Part shown: piece after piece, positions 32,795 to 42,875 of the stretch
How positions within the stretch are numbered: position 1 is the stretch's first letter
Layout: each line of letters begins with the position of its first letter
Source: Saprospiraceae bacterium
GTDB lineage: Bacteria; Bacteroidota; Bacteroidia; Chitinophagales; Saprospiraceae
NCBI GenBank assembly: GCA_041752395.1
Contig: JBGSWN010000121.1
Span: 912 to 64,911 of the forward strand
DNA length: 64,000 nucleotides
Reading direction: 5' to 3'
Notes under the pieces: model-generated
Seen by the model: the letters and a program-made list of their open reading frames with translations, nothing else
The model's database searches: none
Told to the model about the DNA's origin: nothing
Program-made: the position numbers and the translations under genes

Positions 32795-33850
32795 TTAATT
32801 CGTTTTTATCTTATCAACAGCGTAAACATCCTTATCAATACCAAAATAGTATCGGTCACTGAAATACACTACTCCATAAAAAAGCGAAGTGTTGAGCTTG
32901 GCGCTGGAAGGATATGAAATAGGTTTTGCCTGCTTAAAATCCTTGGGCATCACGCTGAAATATTTGCCAGTTACTTCTTGCGTAAAAATAGTCGTGTCGG
33001 CTACGGCGACATGCCGAAGGTCGGAAGCGAGGTTCACCCGCTCCCAAGTCAGGCCGTTGTCAATGCTTTTGTCAAGGTCATACGGGACTGTGCCAGTCAT
33101 GTAGAGGTCGCCGAGCCAGGTGAAACAGTCTTCTTTCCATTGGGCAAACTTTTTGGTGGCCACCCCGGCAGGCGTGATGCGCCAAGCGCCTTGTTGCGAA
33201 GCGACGTAAAAATTGCCGCCTTGGAAAGTAATACTTTTGATGACCCCGTCCACGTTGGCATCGAGGTCGGTGAGGTCAATGCGCTTGACCATTTTCACCG
33301 AAACAAAAGCGTTGTGCTGCACATTCTGCTGGATGTCGAAAAGGTAGAGGCTATAGTAGCGGGCTGGCAGCACCCGTGCGGCCATGAGGAATAGTGTGCC
33401 GTCGGCACTGAAGGCGCCAATGCTGCTGGCGAGGCGTTCGATGTCGAGGGAATTGCCGGGTGGAGTGGGCAGGGTATCGGTCAGCACTTTGAAGATTTCG
33501 GCGCCAGAACGGGCAAGGTTGAATTCGACCACTTGCCTATTCTGCGTATTGGTCGTCAATCGGACAAAAGTATTATCGCTCGCAGTGGGGAGGTTGCTGG
33601 AGAGGGGTAGCTCCCTTTTTTCGATGATTTCAAGGTTGTCATCGAGGCGGGCGAAGGTGTTTTCGGTAAAGACGTAAAGCTCGAAAGGTGTCGCATGCAA
33701 AGCTTGAATATACGCATTCGACTTGTAATCAACGAGTTCCCAAGCGGCATCGGCACTGGAAGTGTCGTCGTCAACGATGAGCGGGCGTTGGCAGGAATGA
33801 AAAAAAAGAGCAACCGCTAGAAGCGTCGCTAGGCCAAATTTTGAGTTCAT
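32795..33850 (-). CDS. Lipoprotein, hypothetical (possible beta-propeller)
   Basis: MNSKFGLATLLAVALFFHSCQRP contains a lipobox. No recognisable catalytic motif. Confidence 0.6.
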   Translation of the reverse strand: MNSKFGLATLLAVALFFHSCQRPLIVDDDTSSADAAWELVDYKSNAYIQALHATPFELYVFTENTFARLDDNLEIIEKRELPLSSNLPTASDNTFVRLTTNTQNRQVVEFNLARSGAEIFKVLTDTLPTPPGNSLDIERLASSIGAFSADGTLFLMAARVLPARYYSLYLFDIQQNVQHNAFVSVKMVKRIDLTDLDANVDGVIKSITFQGGNFYVASQQGAWRITPAGVATKKFAQWKEDCFTWLGDLYMTGTVPYDLDKSIDNGLTWERVNLASDLRHVAVADTTIFTQEVTGKYFSVMPKDFKQAKPISYPSSAKLNTSLFYGVVYFSDRYYFGIDKDVYAVDKIKTN

Positions 33851-34391
33851 GGCGTTTGTTTTTGTTTATATGTGGAAATTCAACAACCAGGGGAGGGATG
33901 GCAAAGATAGTGTTTAACAGAAAAAAATGGACATTTGCAGCAACCTTTTTTGGCTACGAAAACACCTCATTAGGCGGCTTTAGGGAAGATGCTGGAAAGT
34001 CAACTGTTACTTTTACAGGAAAAAGCGTTCAAAGCCTTTGATTACCAGAAAACTTGCACGGTTTTAGCTATTAAAAAGTTCTTCCATGAACACATCCGGC
34101 TGACGAGCTAATCCAATACCGTGCATTCACATAAGCTACTGAATCCTAGAATAAGTTGATATTTTTGCGAAATTATCGTTCAAGTATCCTGTTCTCAGCT
34201 CTCAAACTTGGCACTTGTGCAGTGTTCAAGTGAAAAGGTGCCAAAACTGCTCCGTCAATTGCCCGTCAAAAAAACAATCTCAAATTTAGCGACAAACCAT
34301 TGGTTATCAATTGATTGGATTTTTCAGATTGATTCCTGAATGGCTATTTTCAATAATTACATCACTCAATTAATTAATTCAAATTCACACC

Positions 34392-37300
34392 ATGATTCGG
34401 TTTCTTACATCACTAATAGTGCTGCTTTCTGTTACGGCTGTTTTTGCGCAAAAGCCAGTGTTCCAAGGGGTTCCAATTCAAAATGAGACGCTGACTGAAG
34501 TCTCCGAACAGCTTTACCATTGGGAAATTTTTCAAATCAACGCCCAGGAATTGAGCCAATTCACCTCGAAAGCTGGCGACGAGTCTTCCTTTCGCCTTGC
34601 ACTCGGCACCCACGACTGGGACATTGTGCTACAAAAGCGGGACTTGCGAAGCGCCAAATACATCAGCAGTGTTTTGACGGACGAAGGCGTGAAATCAACC
34701 CCTGCCAATGACGGCCTAATGACCTACCGGGGCCAGCTGCCCGGCCAGCAGGGTTGGTCGGTCGCACTTACCCTGGGTTCGGAGTTCATTTATGGCTATC
34801 TCGAAGAAGGTGGTGAAACCTATTATATCGAGCCACTTTCCTATTTTATACCTGGCAGCCCAAGTGACCAGTTCGTTGTTTACCCAAATTCTGCGGTAAA
34901 ACCAGACAACAGCGAGCATAAATGCGGTGCTTTGGAAATGAAGGACAAAATGGAAGAGCTCCACCCGGAAGAGCTGATGAAAGAGCACGGAGAAAACGCT
35001 GAAAAAATGATGGCTTGCGTGGAAATAGAGCTTGCCATTGCATCCGACCTTTCCATGTTCAATTTTCATGGTTCAGCGCCTGGGGTTAATGCCTTCACAC
35101 TGGGTGTTATGAATGGTGTGCAAACCAACTACGACAACGAGTTCAATGACGAACTTCATTTTGAAATCGTGGAGCAGTTCGTGGTAGCCCCACCAGCCAC
35201 TGACCCGTGGACAAACTCCACGAATGCCGTGACTTTGCTCAACAGCTTTACTTCATGGGGCCCAAGCGGCTTTTCCGCCACCCACGATTTAGGACAACTT
35301 TGGACCAAGCGCAACTTGGATGGAGGAACAGTGGGCATCGCCTGGGTCAGCGCAGTCTGTACCAATAGTCGCTACCATGTTGTTTCGGAGTTTACAACAT
35401 CACAATGCGCACTTAGGGTGATGACGGCCCATGAAATAGGTCACAATTTCAGTGCGCAGCATGATGCCCCAAATTCCGGTTTCATCATGGCGCCCTCTGT
35501 TAATTGTACCAATAATTGGTCTACTGCATCTCAGAATTCTATCAACGGCTACTACCCGACCCGTGGATGTTTGGGCACTTGCTCCAGTTCGCAGCCCCCT
35601 ATCGCTAATTTCTCTGCAACTCCTACAATTGGGTGCAACCCGTTGACAGTAGCGTTTACAGACCTCTCCACCAATGCTCCTTTTATTTGGAGCTGGTCAT
35701 TCCCAGGTGGATCACCTAGTACCTCCAGCCAACAGAACCCAGTTGTTGTTTATGCCACCCCCGGCACGTATAATGTCACGTTGGTTGCCACCAATGCTGC
35801 AGGAACAAATAGTGTTACTAAAACAGGGTTTATCACCGTGCTTGCAACTCCGGTTGCAAATTTTACTTGGACACAGGTAGGGCTTACCCTGATATTCACC
35901 AACACCTCTACTAACGGCACCAGTTACTCTTGGAATTTTGGCGATGGTGGCACCAGCACGCAAACGAATCCAACCCACACCTATTCAGTGGATGGTTTTT
36001 ACGATGTAACCTTGAATGTTACCAATGCTTGTGGCACAGTATCTACTTTGACTACGATCCCAGTTTTCGTAGTGCCAACTGCAAATTTCATAGGCATCCC
36101 GACCTCAGGTTGCGCTCCCTTGAGCGTGAGCTTTGTAGATCAAAGCTCATCCAACTCCCAGACTTGGTCTTGGAATTTCCCCGGTGGAAACCCTAGCACT
36201 TCCTCGCTTCAGTTCCCATCGGTTTCCTACAACACACCCGGCTCTTACACAGTCGCCTTGACAGTGACCAACCCAGCGGGTGGAGACAATGAGACCAAAA
36301 CGAACTATATCGTGGTAGGCAGCACGCCAACCGTTGATTTTACGTCAGTCGTGAACGGGAATACGGCCAACTTCACTAGCAACGTTACCAATCCGGCTGG
36401 AAGCGGCACTATTAGTTACAGCTGGGATTTTGGCGACGGCAATACCAGTACACTAGCCAACCCAAGCCATACTTATTCAGCAGGTGGCTCTTATAGTGTG
36501 AAACTAACCGTCACTAATACTTGCGGCAACGCTTTCAAAGTACATCCAGTAACCATCCTAGTGCCACCGGTAGCTGGGTTCACCGCCACCAATACTTCTG
36601 GCTGCTCTCCACTTACTGTCAACTTTACGAGCACATCAACGGGAGCTAACAGCTACGCTTGGACATTCCCCGGCGGAACACCAAGTTCTTCCACTGCGCA
36701 AAACCCAACGGTTGTTTACACGACTGCTGGCATTTATGACGTAACGCTTGTCGTAACCAATCCAGCAGGTTCGAATACGCTGACGCAGCCAGGCTACGTC
36801 ACCGTCAACACCACCCCGGTAGCTGGCTACACCAGCAGTGTGAGCGGCACAACGGCCACATTTACAAACACCAGCACCAACGCCACAAGCTATTCTTGGG
36901 CCTTTGGAGATGGCGGCACTAGCACCAGCGCCAACCCAACGCACACCTACGCTACGGATGGCACGTACACCGTGGTTTTGAGTGCAACAAACGCTTGCGG
37001 CACGGTGACTTCTTCGCAAACAGTTGTTATCCAAACACCGCCCACGGCAGGTTTTACCGCCAATAACACGAACGGTTGTGCGCCGTTCACGGTACAGTTC
37101 ACTAGCCAGTCTTCTGCCAATGCCACCACTTTTGCATGGCAGTTTCCGGGTGGCTCACCGAGCACATCCACGGCACAAAACCCTAGCGTGACCTACTCGG
37201 CAGTAGGCACTTACACCGTTACACTGACGGTATCCAATACGGCGGGAAGCAACACCGCCACGCAAACCAACTATATCACCGTCAACACCACACCAGTAGC

Positions 37301-40181
37301 TGGCTACATCAGCAGCATAAGTGGCACTACGGTAACGTTTACCAATACCAGCACCAACGCCACCAGCTATGCTTGGGCATTTGGCGATGGCGGAACCAGT
37401 ACCAACGCCAACCCGACGCATACCTACACCACGGACGGCGTTTACACGGTAATTTTGAGTGCAACAAATGCTTGTGGCACAGTTACTTCTTCGCAAACCG
37501 TGACCATTGTGACACCGCCGACGGCAGGTTTTTCGGCAAACAACACATCCGGTTGTGCGCCGTTGGCTGTGCAGTTTACCAATGCATCATCGGCTAACGC
37601 AACAACTTGGGCATGGACCTTCCCCGGTGGCTCTCCAGCGACTTCCACCGCACAAAACCCAAGTGTCAATTACGCTGCGCCGGGCACCTACAATGTTACG
37701 CTGATCGCGTCCAACAGTGCAGGCAGCGACACTACTACATTTACCAATTACATCAATGCACAGGGCCCTCCAACAACCGGCTTCACGGTTGCGACCAATG
37801 TGTTTGTTGCCAATTTCACCAATACAACCGTGAACGGGACCAGCTACAGCTGGGCATTCGGTGATGGTGGTACGAGCACCAGTGCCAACCCATCGCACAC
37901 TTACGCAGGCGATGGTACTTATACCGTGGTTTTGACAGCGACTAGCCCTTGCGGTACCAGCACAGCTACGCAGACAGTGGTCATCAGTTCGGTGCCGGTG
38001 GCTGGATTCTCGGCACCGCAAACCAGTGGTTGTGCTCCGTTCACCGTTCAGTTCCAAGACCAATCATCTTCCAACACGACAAGCTGGGCTTGGTCGTTCC
38101 CAGGTGGTTCGCCTGCTAGCTCCACTGCGCAAAACCCAAGTGTAACCTACTCAGCGGTAGGTAGTTACAACGTGACTTTGACGGTGAGCAATTCGTTGGG
38201 CATGAACACGAGTACGCAGTCGGGTTTCATTACCGTGCAAGCCGCACCTACTGCTGGGTTTACCAGTGCTACGACTGGCCTAACGGGTAATTTCACCAAC
38301 AGCAGCTCCGGCGCCACTAGCTATTCTTGGAATTTTGGCGACAGCCAAACCAGCACACAGGCCAACCCGTCGCACACCTACGCCGTGGATGGCACCTACA
38401 CAGTCGTTTTGACCGCCACAAATGCCTGTGGCTCCGTGACTTCTACGAACACGGTGGCTGTTTACACCCAACCAACGGCTGCATTCAATGCCAACACAAC
38501 CAGCGGTTGCGCTCCATTGACGGTGCAGTTTAGCAACCAGTCTTCTGCCAATGCCGAGACCTTCGCTTGGAGTTTCCCCGGCGGCACGCCATCGTCCGCT
38601 ACGGCTGAAAACCCAACCGTAGTTTACAACATGGCTGGCACTTACACCGTGACCCTGACAGTGAGCAACCCTGCTGGCCAGAATACTGCTACCCAGATGA
38701 GCTATATTGTTGTAAACGGCGCTCCTACAGCCGGATTTACCAGCACCACTGCCGGAACCACTGTTGCGTTTACCAATACTTCGACCAATGCCACTAGCTA
38801 CAGCTGGGACTTTGGCGACAATAGCTCCAGCACAGTTGCAAGTCCATCGCATACTTATACCACGGACGGGGTTTACGTTGTGACACTGATGGCCACCAAC
38901 GCTTGTGGCACTACCACCATCAACGGCCAGTTCAGCATCGTGACGCCACCTGCGGCTAGTTTCTCTGCTGCGCAAACAAGTGGCTGTGCCCCGCTGGAAG
39001 TCAGCTTCAACAACGAATCTTCCGCCAATGCTACCAACTTCGCCTGGTCGTTCCCCGGCGGCACACCAGGTACTTCCACACAGGAGAACCCTGTCGTTAC
39101 CTACAACACCGCTGGTACCTACAACGTGACACTTTTGGTGACCAATGCTGCTGGCAACGACACCTATATCCAGACCAGCTATGTGACGGTTTCGACCATA
39201 CCTACTGCTGGTTTTACTTCTGTTGTGAACGGTGCGGATGTTTCATTTACCAGCACCGCCGTCAACGCCACCAGTTACCTTTGGCAGTTTGGTGATGGTG
39301 AACAAAGCACAGCGGCAAATCCAAGTCATACCTACGCCAATGACGATGTTTACACCGTGACGCTTACTGCCAAGAATGACTGCGGCGATGCTGTTGTGAC
39401 CCAAATCGTCGTCATTGCAACCGCTGCGCCACAGGCATTTTTCACTGCTGAACCAACCACGGGCTGCGCTCCGCTGACGGTGACGTTCAGCAACGAATCG
39501 TCTGCCAACGCTACTAGTTTTGCTTGGTCTTTCGCTGGTGGTACGCCAGCCACTTCCATGGAGAAGAACCCAACGGTGACTTACAACACAGCAGGCACTT
39601 TCGATGTGTCGCTCACGGCTACCAACTCACTGGGTTCTGACACTTATTCGCAAAGCAGTTTTGTGGTGATAAATGCCGCTCCAGCGCCTAACTTCACAAA
39701 AACGGCCAACTTCAATGTGGTGTCGTTCACGAACACCAGCACCAACGCTACGAGCTATGTGTGGAATTTTGGGGATGGAACAGCTACCAGCACGGAGGCC
39801 AACCCAACGCATACTTATGCTACTGGCGGCCAATACCAAGTGACGTTGACCGCCACCAACGCTTGCGGCTCACAGATGGTCACCATTGAAGTTACGGTGC
39901 AGGCCAACGGCACGGAGGACATCCCCGGCATCAGCCGTTTCGAGGTGTTCCCGAACCCGAACAGCGGTCGTTTCACACTGTTGATGGAGGGCGCTCCGCA
40001 AACAGCCCTCGAAATCAGCTTCACGAACGTGCTCGGCCAGCGATTGCTTTCCGAGAAAGTGGACTTCCGTTCCGGTCGCCTCAGCAAGGACTTTTCCTTC
40101 AGCCAATTGGCGGCTGGGGTTTACATCCTTCAGGTGAAATCGGGCGAGAAAGCCATGTTCAAGAAACTGGTGGTTGAATAA
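34392..40181 (+). CDS. Reprolysin-like (M12B) zinc metalloprotease fused to 18 PKD domains and a T9SS type A sorting domain
   Basis: Signal peptide MIRFLTSLIVLLSVTAVFAQ. Zinc site MTAHEIGHNFSAQHD at nt 35430. The 18 PKD repeats span aa ~402-1836. The C-terminus reads FEVFPNPNSGRFTLLMEG...AGVYILQVKSGEKAMFKKLVVE. Confidence 0.9.
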   Translation: MIRFLTSLIVLLSVTAVFAQKPVFQGVPIQNETLTEVSEQLYHWEIFQINAQELSQFTSKAGDESSFRLALGTHDWDIVLQKRDLRSAKYISSVLTDEGVKSTPANDGLMTYRGQLPGQQGWSVALTLGSEFIYGYLEEGGETYYIEPLSYFIPGSPSDQFVVYPNSAVKPDNSEHKCGALEMKDKMEELHPEELMKEHGENAEKMMACVEIELAIASDLSMFNFHGSAPGVNAFTLGVMNGVQTNYDNEFNDELHFEIVEQFVVAPPATDPWTNSTNAVTLLNSFTSWGPSGFSATHDLGQLWTKRNLDGGTVGIAWVSAVCTNSRYHVVSEFTTSQCALRVMTAHEIGHNFSAQHDAPNSGFIMAPSVNCTNNWSTASQNSINGYYPTRGCLGTCSSSQPPIANFSATPTIGCNPLTVAFTDLSTNAPFIWSWSFPGGSPSTSSQQNPVVVYATPGTYNVTLVATNAAGTNSVTKTGFITVLATPVANFTWTQVGLTLIFTNTSTNGTSYSWNFGDGGTSTQTNPTHTYSVDGFYDVTLNVTNACGTVSTLTTIPVFVVPTANFIGIPTSGCAPLSVSFVDQSSSNSQTWSWNFPGGNPSTSSLQFPSVSYNTPGSYTVALTVTNPAGGDNETKTNYIVVGSTPTVDFTSVVNGNTANFTSNVTNPAGSGTISYSWDFGDGNTSTLANPSHTYSAGGSYSVKLTVTNTCGNAFKVHPVTILVPPVAGFTATNTSGCSPLTVNFTSTSTGANSYAWTFPGGTPSSSTAQNPTVVYTTAGIYDVTLVVTNPAGSNTLTQPGYVTVNTTPVAGYTSSVSGTTATFTNTSTNATSYSWAFGDGGTSTSANPTHTYATDGTYTVVLSATNACGTVTSSQTVVIQTPPTAGFTANNTNGCAPFTVQFTSQSSANATTFAWQFPGGSPSTSTAQNPSVTYSAVGTYTVTLTVSNTAGSNTATQTNYITVNTTPVAGYISSISGTTVTFTNTSTNATSYAWAFGDGGTSTNANPTHTYTTDGVYTVILSATNACGTVTSSQTVTIVTPPTAGFSANNTSGCAPLAVQFTNASSANATTWAWTFPGGSPATSTAQNPSVNYAAPGTYNVTLIASNSAGSDTTTFTNYINAQGPPTTGFTVATNVFVANFTNTTVNGTSYSWAFGDGGTSTSANPSHTYAGDGTYTVVLTATSPCGTSTATQTVVISSVPVAGFSAPQTSGCAPFTVQFQDQSSSNTTSWAWSFPGGSPASSTAQNPSVTYSAVGSYNVTLTVSNSLGMNTSTQSGFITVQAAPTAGFTSATTGLTGNFTNSSSGATSYSWNFGDSQTSTQANPSHTYAVDGTYTVVLTATNACGSVTSTNTVAVYTQPTAAFNANTTSGCAPLTVQFSNQSSANAETFAWSFPGGTPSSATAENPTVVYNMAGTYTVTLTVSNPAGQNTATQMSYIVVNGAPTAGFTSTTAGTTVAFTNTSTNATSYSWDFGDNSSSTVASPSHTYTTDGVYVVTLMATNACGTTTINGQFSIVTPPAASFSAAQTSGCAPLEVSFNNESSANATNFAWSFPGGTPGTSTQENPVVTYNTAGTYNVTLLVTNAAGNDTYIQTSYVTVSTIPTAGFTSVVNGADVSFTSTAVNATSYLWQFGDGEQSTAANPSHTYANDDVYTVTLTAKNDCGDAVVTQIVVIATAAPQAFFTAEPTTGCAPLTVTFSNESSANATSFAWSFAGGTPATSMEKNPTVTYNTAGTFDVSLTATNSLGSDTYSQSSFVVINAAPAPNFTKTANFNVVSFTNTSTNATSYVWNFGDGTATSTEANPTHTYATGGQYQVTLTATNACGSQMVTIEVTVQANGTEDIPGISRFEVFPNPNSGRFTLLMEGAPQTALEISFTNVLGQRLLSEKVDFRSGRLSKDFSFSQLAAGVYILQVKSGEKAMFKKLVVE
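35595..39899 (+). repeat. Intragenic tandem array: nine didomain units (~477 bp) alternating two PKD subtypes
   Basis: Subtype A follows ..GFT...TSGCAPLTVQF...SS.NA..FAW.FPGG.P.TSTAQNP.V.Y...G.Y.VTL. Subtype B follows ..TFTNTSTNATSY.W.FGDGGTST.ANP.HTY..DG.Y.V.L.ATNACG. I counted A-B x9 by eye. Confidence 0.9.
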
Positions 40182-40203
40182 TTTTTGCTTTTGAAGAAAT
40201 ACA

Positions 40204-40240
40204 GGGGGGTTCCGCCGTCGGGCGGGAACCCCTTTCTTTT
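40204..40240 (+). terminator. Rho-independent terminator after the PKD-protease gene
   Basis: GGGGTTCCGCC-gtcg-GGCGGGAACCCC followed by TTTCTTTTT. Confidence 0.85.
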
Positions 40241-40285
40241 TGGGGCAAATGGACGGAAATGCTACTTTTACGCCAACAATTTTTT

Positions 40286-40735
40286 ATGAAAATGAAATAC
40301 CTGCCCATATTTTTTCTGGTTGCAATTTTTGCTTGCAAAAACAGCGCAGACAAGCCAGTCAACGCTGAAAATACTGCCACCGAATCCCCGGAATTGCCAT
40401 CGGGCTTCGCCGATTTTTACCAAAAATTCCACAACGACAGCCTGTACCAAGTGGAGCATATCGTGTGGCCATTGGAGGGGCTGCCCAACAATGCTGACAG
40501 CGCCACCGTCGCCGCCAAAACCTTTCACTGGACGCCCGAGGAATGGAAAATGCAGCACCAATTCGACTTTCAGGTGAGCGAATACAAACGGGAGATTGTG
40601 CCCTTGACGGAAACCATCGTTATGGAACGCATTCTGCACCAGTCCGGCCAGTTCGGCATGATTCGGCGCTTCGCTATTGTGGGCGGTGAGTGGCACCTGA
40701 TTTATTATGCGGGGGTGAATCGGCTGATGCAGTGA
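40286..40735 (+). CDS. Lipoprotein, hypothetical
   Basis: MKMKYLPIFFLVAIFACKNSADKP contains a lipobox. About 149 aa, no recognised motif. Confidence 0.65.
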   Translation: MKMKYLPIFFLVAIFACKNSADKPVNAENTATESPELPSGFADFYQKFHNDSLYQVEHIVWPLEGLPNNADSATVAAKTFHWTPEEWKMQHQFDFQVSEYKREIVPLTETIVMERILHQSGQFGMIRRFAIVGGEWHLIYYAGVNRLMQ

Positions 40736-40814
40736 AGTTTTGCATTGAAGCTGTTTTTTGATGTATTATTAACGATATAAGATTTATGATTTGCATGAGC
40801 CTTATATTTATTCA

Positions 40815-41642
40815 ATGATAAAAATGCTTTCTAGGTTTTTTTATATCCCTTTTGTGCTTGGAGTCGCTGCGTTCCTCATCATTGGCTTTGCTATCAGCAG
40901 CAGCTATTTTATTTATATCGTGCCATTCGTGGTGGGTATAGCGGTGGTTTATATCCTCAGCCCACAAATAGACTGGTGGTGGTACCAGCGTCATCCACCG
41001 GAATTGCCCGCTCGTGTCCGGCACCTCATCAATACCCAATCGCTTTTTTACCAAAACCTATCTGCCGCTGATAAGACCCGCTTCCGCAATCGCATGGCAA
41101 TGTACATGGAGGCCAATGAGTTCATGGGTCAGGGCATGGAGGTGGTTCCACCAGATATTCGGGGCGTGGTAGCTGCTTCCGTCATCCAAATCACTTTTGG
41201 TTATGACGATTACCTGCTGAATAAGTTCGAGCATATCATCATATACCCACACCGTTTTCCTTCTCCACAGCATCCATCCGCCCTGCATGCCTCGGAGCAT
41301 TTCGAGGAGGACGGTGTCATTATTTTTTCTGCGGAGCAATTGATGCCGGGGTTCATGCAACCACATCGGTTTTTAAATATTGGCCTGTATGAGTACCTGC
41401 GGGTATTCCGTAATTGCCATCCAGAAATCGTTTTCCCACATATCGGCGAGGAGCATTGGCCTGCATTGGAGGAAATAAGTGGCTTTCCGAAGGATAAAAC
41501 CATCCAATATATTGGCTTGGCAGAAATAGACATAGTGGCGCTGGCGGTGGTTTATTTTTTTGATTTTGGGGAGAAGTTTAAGCGGGTGTTGGCTGAGGAG
41601 CATAGGGTAGTAGCTGTTGCGCTTAGGGCTGCTAGTACGTAA
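40815..41642 (+). CDS. Membrane protein, possibly MtfA/M90-peptidase-like but lacking HExxH (hypothetical)
   Basis: Two N-terminal transmembrane helices (FFYIPFVLGVAAFLIIGFAI, IVPFVVGIAVVYIL). The layout EHIIIYPHRF...DGVIIFSAEQL...NIGLYEYLRVF recalls MtfA, but Tyr/Leu/Arg replace the zinc ligands. This comparison is from memory only. An alternative TTG start lies at 40791. Confidence 0.45.
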   Translation: MIKMLSRFFYIPFVLGVAAFLIIGFAISSSYFIYIVPFVVGIAVVYILSPQIDWWWYQRHPPELPARVRHLINTQSLFYQNLSAADKTRFRNRMAMYMEANEFMGQGMEVVPPDIRGVVAASVIQITFGYDDYLLNKFEHIIIYPHRFPSPQHPSALHASEHFEEDGVIIFSAEQLMPGFMQPHRFLNIGLYEYLRVFRNCHPEIVFPHIGEEHWPALEEISGFPKDKTIQYIGLAEIDIVALAVVYFFDFGEKFKRVLAEEHRVVAVALRAAST

Positions 41643-41741
41643 TTGAAAATAGCATATTTGTCATTTTGTTGAACATCAGCAACTACTACTTTTGGGTATC
41701 AATTGTCAATACGATTTCCTACAATAAGCTTTCTAAGGAAA

Positions 41742-42284
41742 TCAAAAGAGCACAAATACCTCTTGATTTAATTTCTCTAGGCTCTTTTTTGTTTTTTTTG
41801 GCGTCATATATTGAGTATGTGTCCCATTTTTATAAATCAATATTTTCCAAGTATTGCCGTTAAAAAGGTTTTTAATTTTCAGCATTTCAGCCTTAGTTGA
41901 AAACCTGTTGTTATAAACTTCCTTGTTCTTTTCTGAAAACAAATATGCCATGTTCGATAAGACAACAATGTTGGAGCCATCTATGATTTTAAGGCTATCA
42001 GCATTTCTAAAAATTTCTTTGCTCATAAAAGTTGCGTTGACAGTAGCTGAATCCTTGATTTCATTTTTGTATCGAAAAGTGAAATCCAATTTCAATTTTT
42101 CATCCATATCATTGGTAAACACAAGGGGTTTAATGAAATATTGAGTTCCCTCATCGCCCACAAAAAAAGACTCGTACAATCTTTTGCCAGATTTAGCCCC
42201 TCCGGGCCTCACATTCATGCATGATGATAGAAGGGCGAAAATTAAAAATGAAAAACATATTGTCCGCAAGGTTTTATTAATCAT
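41742..42284 (-). CDS. Lipoprotein, hypothetical (AT-rich islet)
   Basis: Start taken at MINKTLRTICFSFLIFALLSSCMN (lipobox). The longer track ORF would overlap the upstream gene. Confidence 0.6.
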   Translation of the reverse strand: MINKTLRTICFSFLIFALLSSCMNVRPGGAKSGKRLYESFFVGDEGTQYFIKPLVFTNDMDEKLKLDFTFRYKNEIKDSATVNATFMSKEIFRNADSLKIIDGSNIVVLSNMAYLFSEKNKEVYNNRFSTKAEMLKIKNLFNGNTWKILIYKNGTHTQYMTPKKTKKSLEKLNQEVFVLF

Positions 42285-42306
42285 ATTTTGCAAGAATCTT
42301 TCTCTT

Positions 42307-42810
42307 TTATTGGTCATTTTTTGTGGCAATTCTATTTGAGAGCTGAGATTGGTTAAACAAGGAGTCAGAAAGTGATTTCGATGCTGATATTGCAGCAATA
42401 TAAAGGAGTGATTTACTATCAATTGCCGAGGCGTAAGCTGCAATATATAGCTCGTCTTTCTTGCATTGTTTATAGTAGCTTATTGAATCGGCCTTAAAAT
42501 ATAAACTAGTATCCTTGCCCTCGGTTGATTTAAGCTGATAATCAATTATTTCTTTGATTGAAGTATTGTAAGGCACACCTATAAAAACTTCGTAGTCATT
42601 GTGCTTTATGTATTTGAACAGCGGTATTTGAATATTCGGATTGTCAAGGTATTTCAAGTAGTTATTTTTAACTGCCTCGTCTATTCCTCTAACAATCTCG
42701 CCTTCCTGCATTTTAAATACTAAATCATTGAAGAGCGTTATTCCATTTGACTTTTCCTTTGAACAAGCTGTTAACGATACTACAAGGAAGAAAATAAGTA
42801 TTTTTTTCAT
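42307..42810 (-). CDS. Lipoprotein, hypothetical (AT-rich islet)
   Basis: MKKILIFFLVVSLTACSKEK contains a lipobox. No recognised domain. Confidence 0.6.
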   Translation of the reverse strand: MKKILIFFLVVSLTACSKEKSNGITLFNDLVFKMQEGEIVRGIDEAVKNNYLKYLDNPNIQIPLFKYIKHNDYEVFIGVPYNTSIKEIIDYQLKSTEGKDTSLYFKADSISYYKQCKKDELYIAAYASAIDSKSLLYIAAISASKSLSDSLFNQSQLSNRIATKNDQ

Positions 42811-42828
42811 TCTTATAATTAAAAGAAG

Positions 42829-42871
42829 AATCAAGCACGGCTCAAATCAAAGAATCTTGCCGTGCTTGATT
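42829..42871 (-). terminator. Terminator hairpin 3' of the TRL-like lipoprotein gene
   Basis: AATCAAGCACGGC (42829-42841) pairs perfectly with GCCGTGCTTGATT (42859-42871) around a 17-nt loop. Confidence 0.7.
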
Positions 42872-42875
42872 AGCT

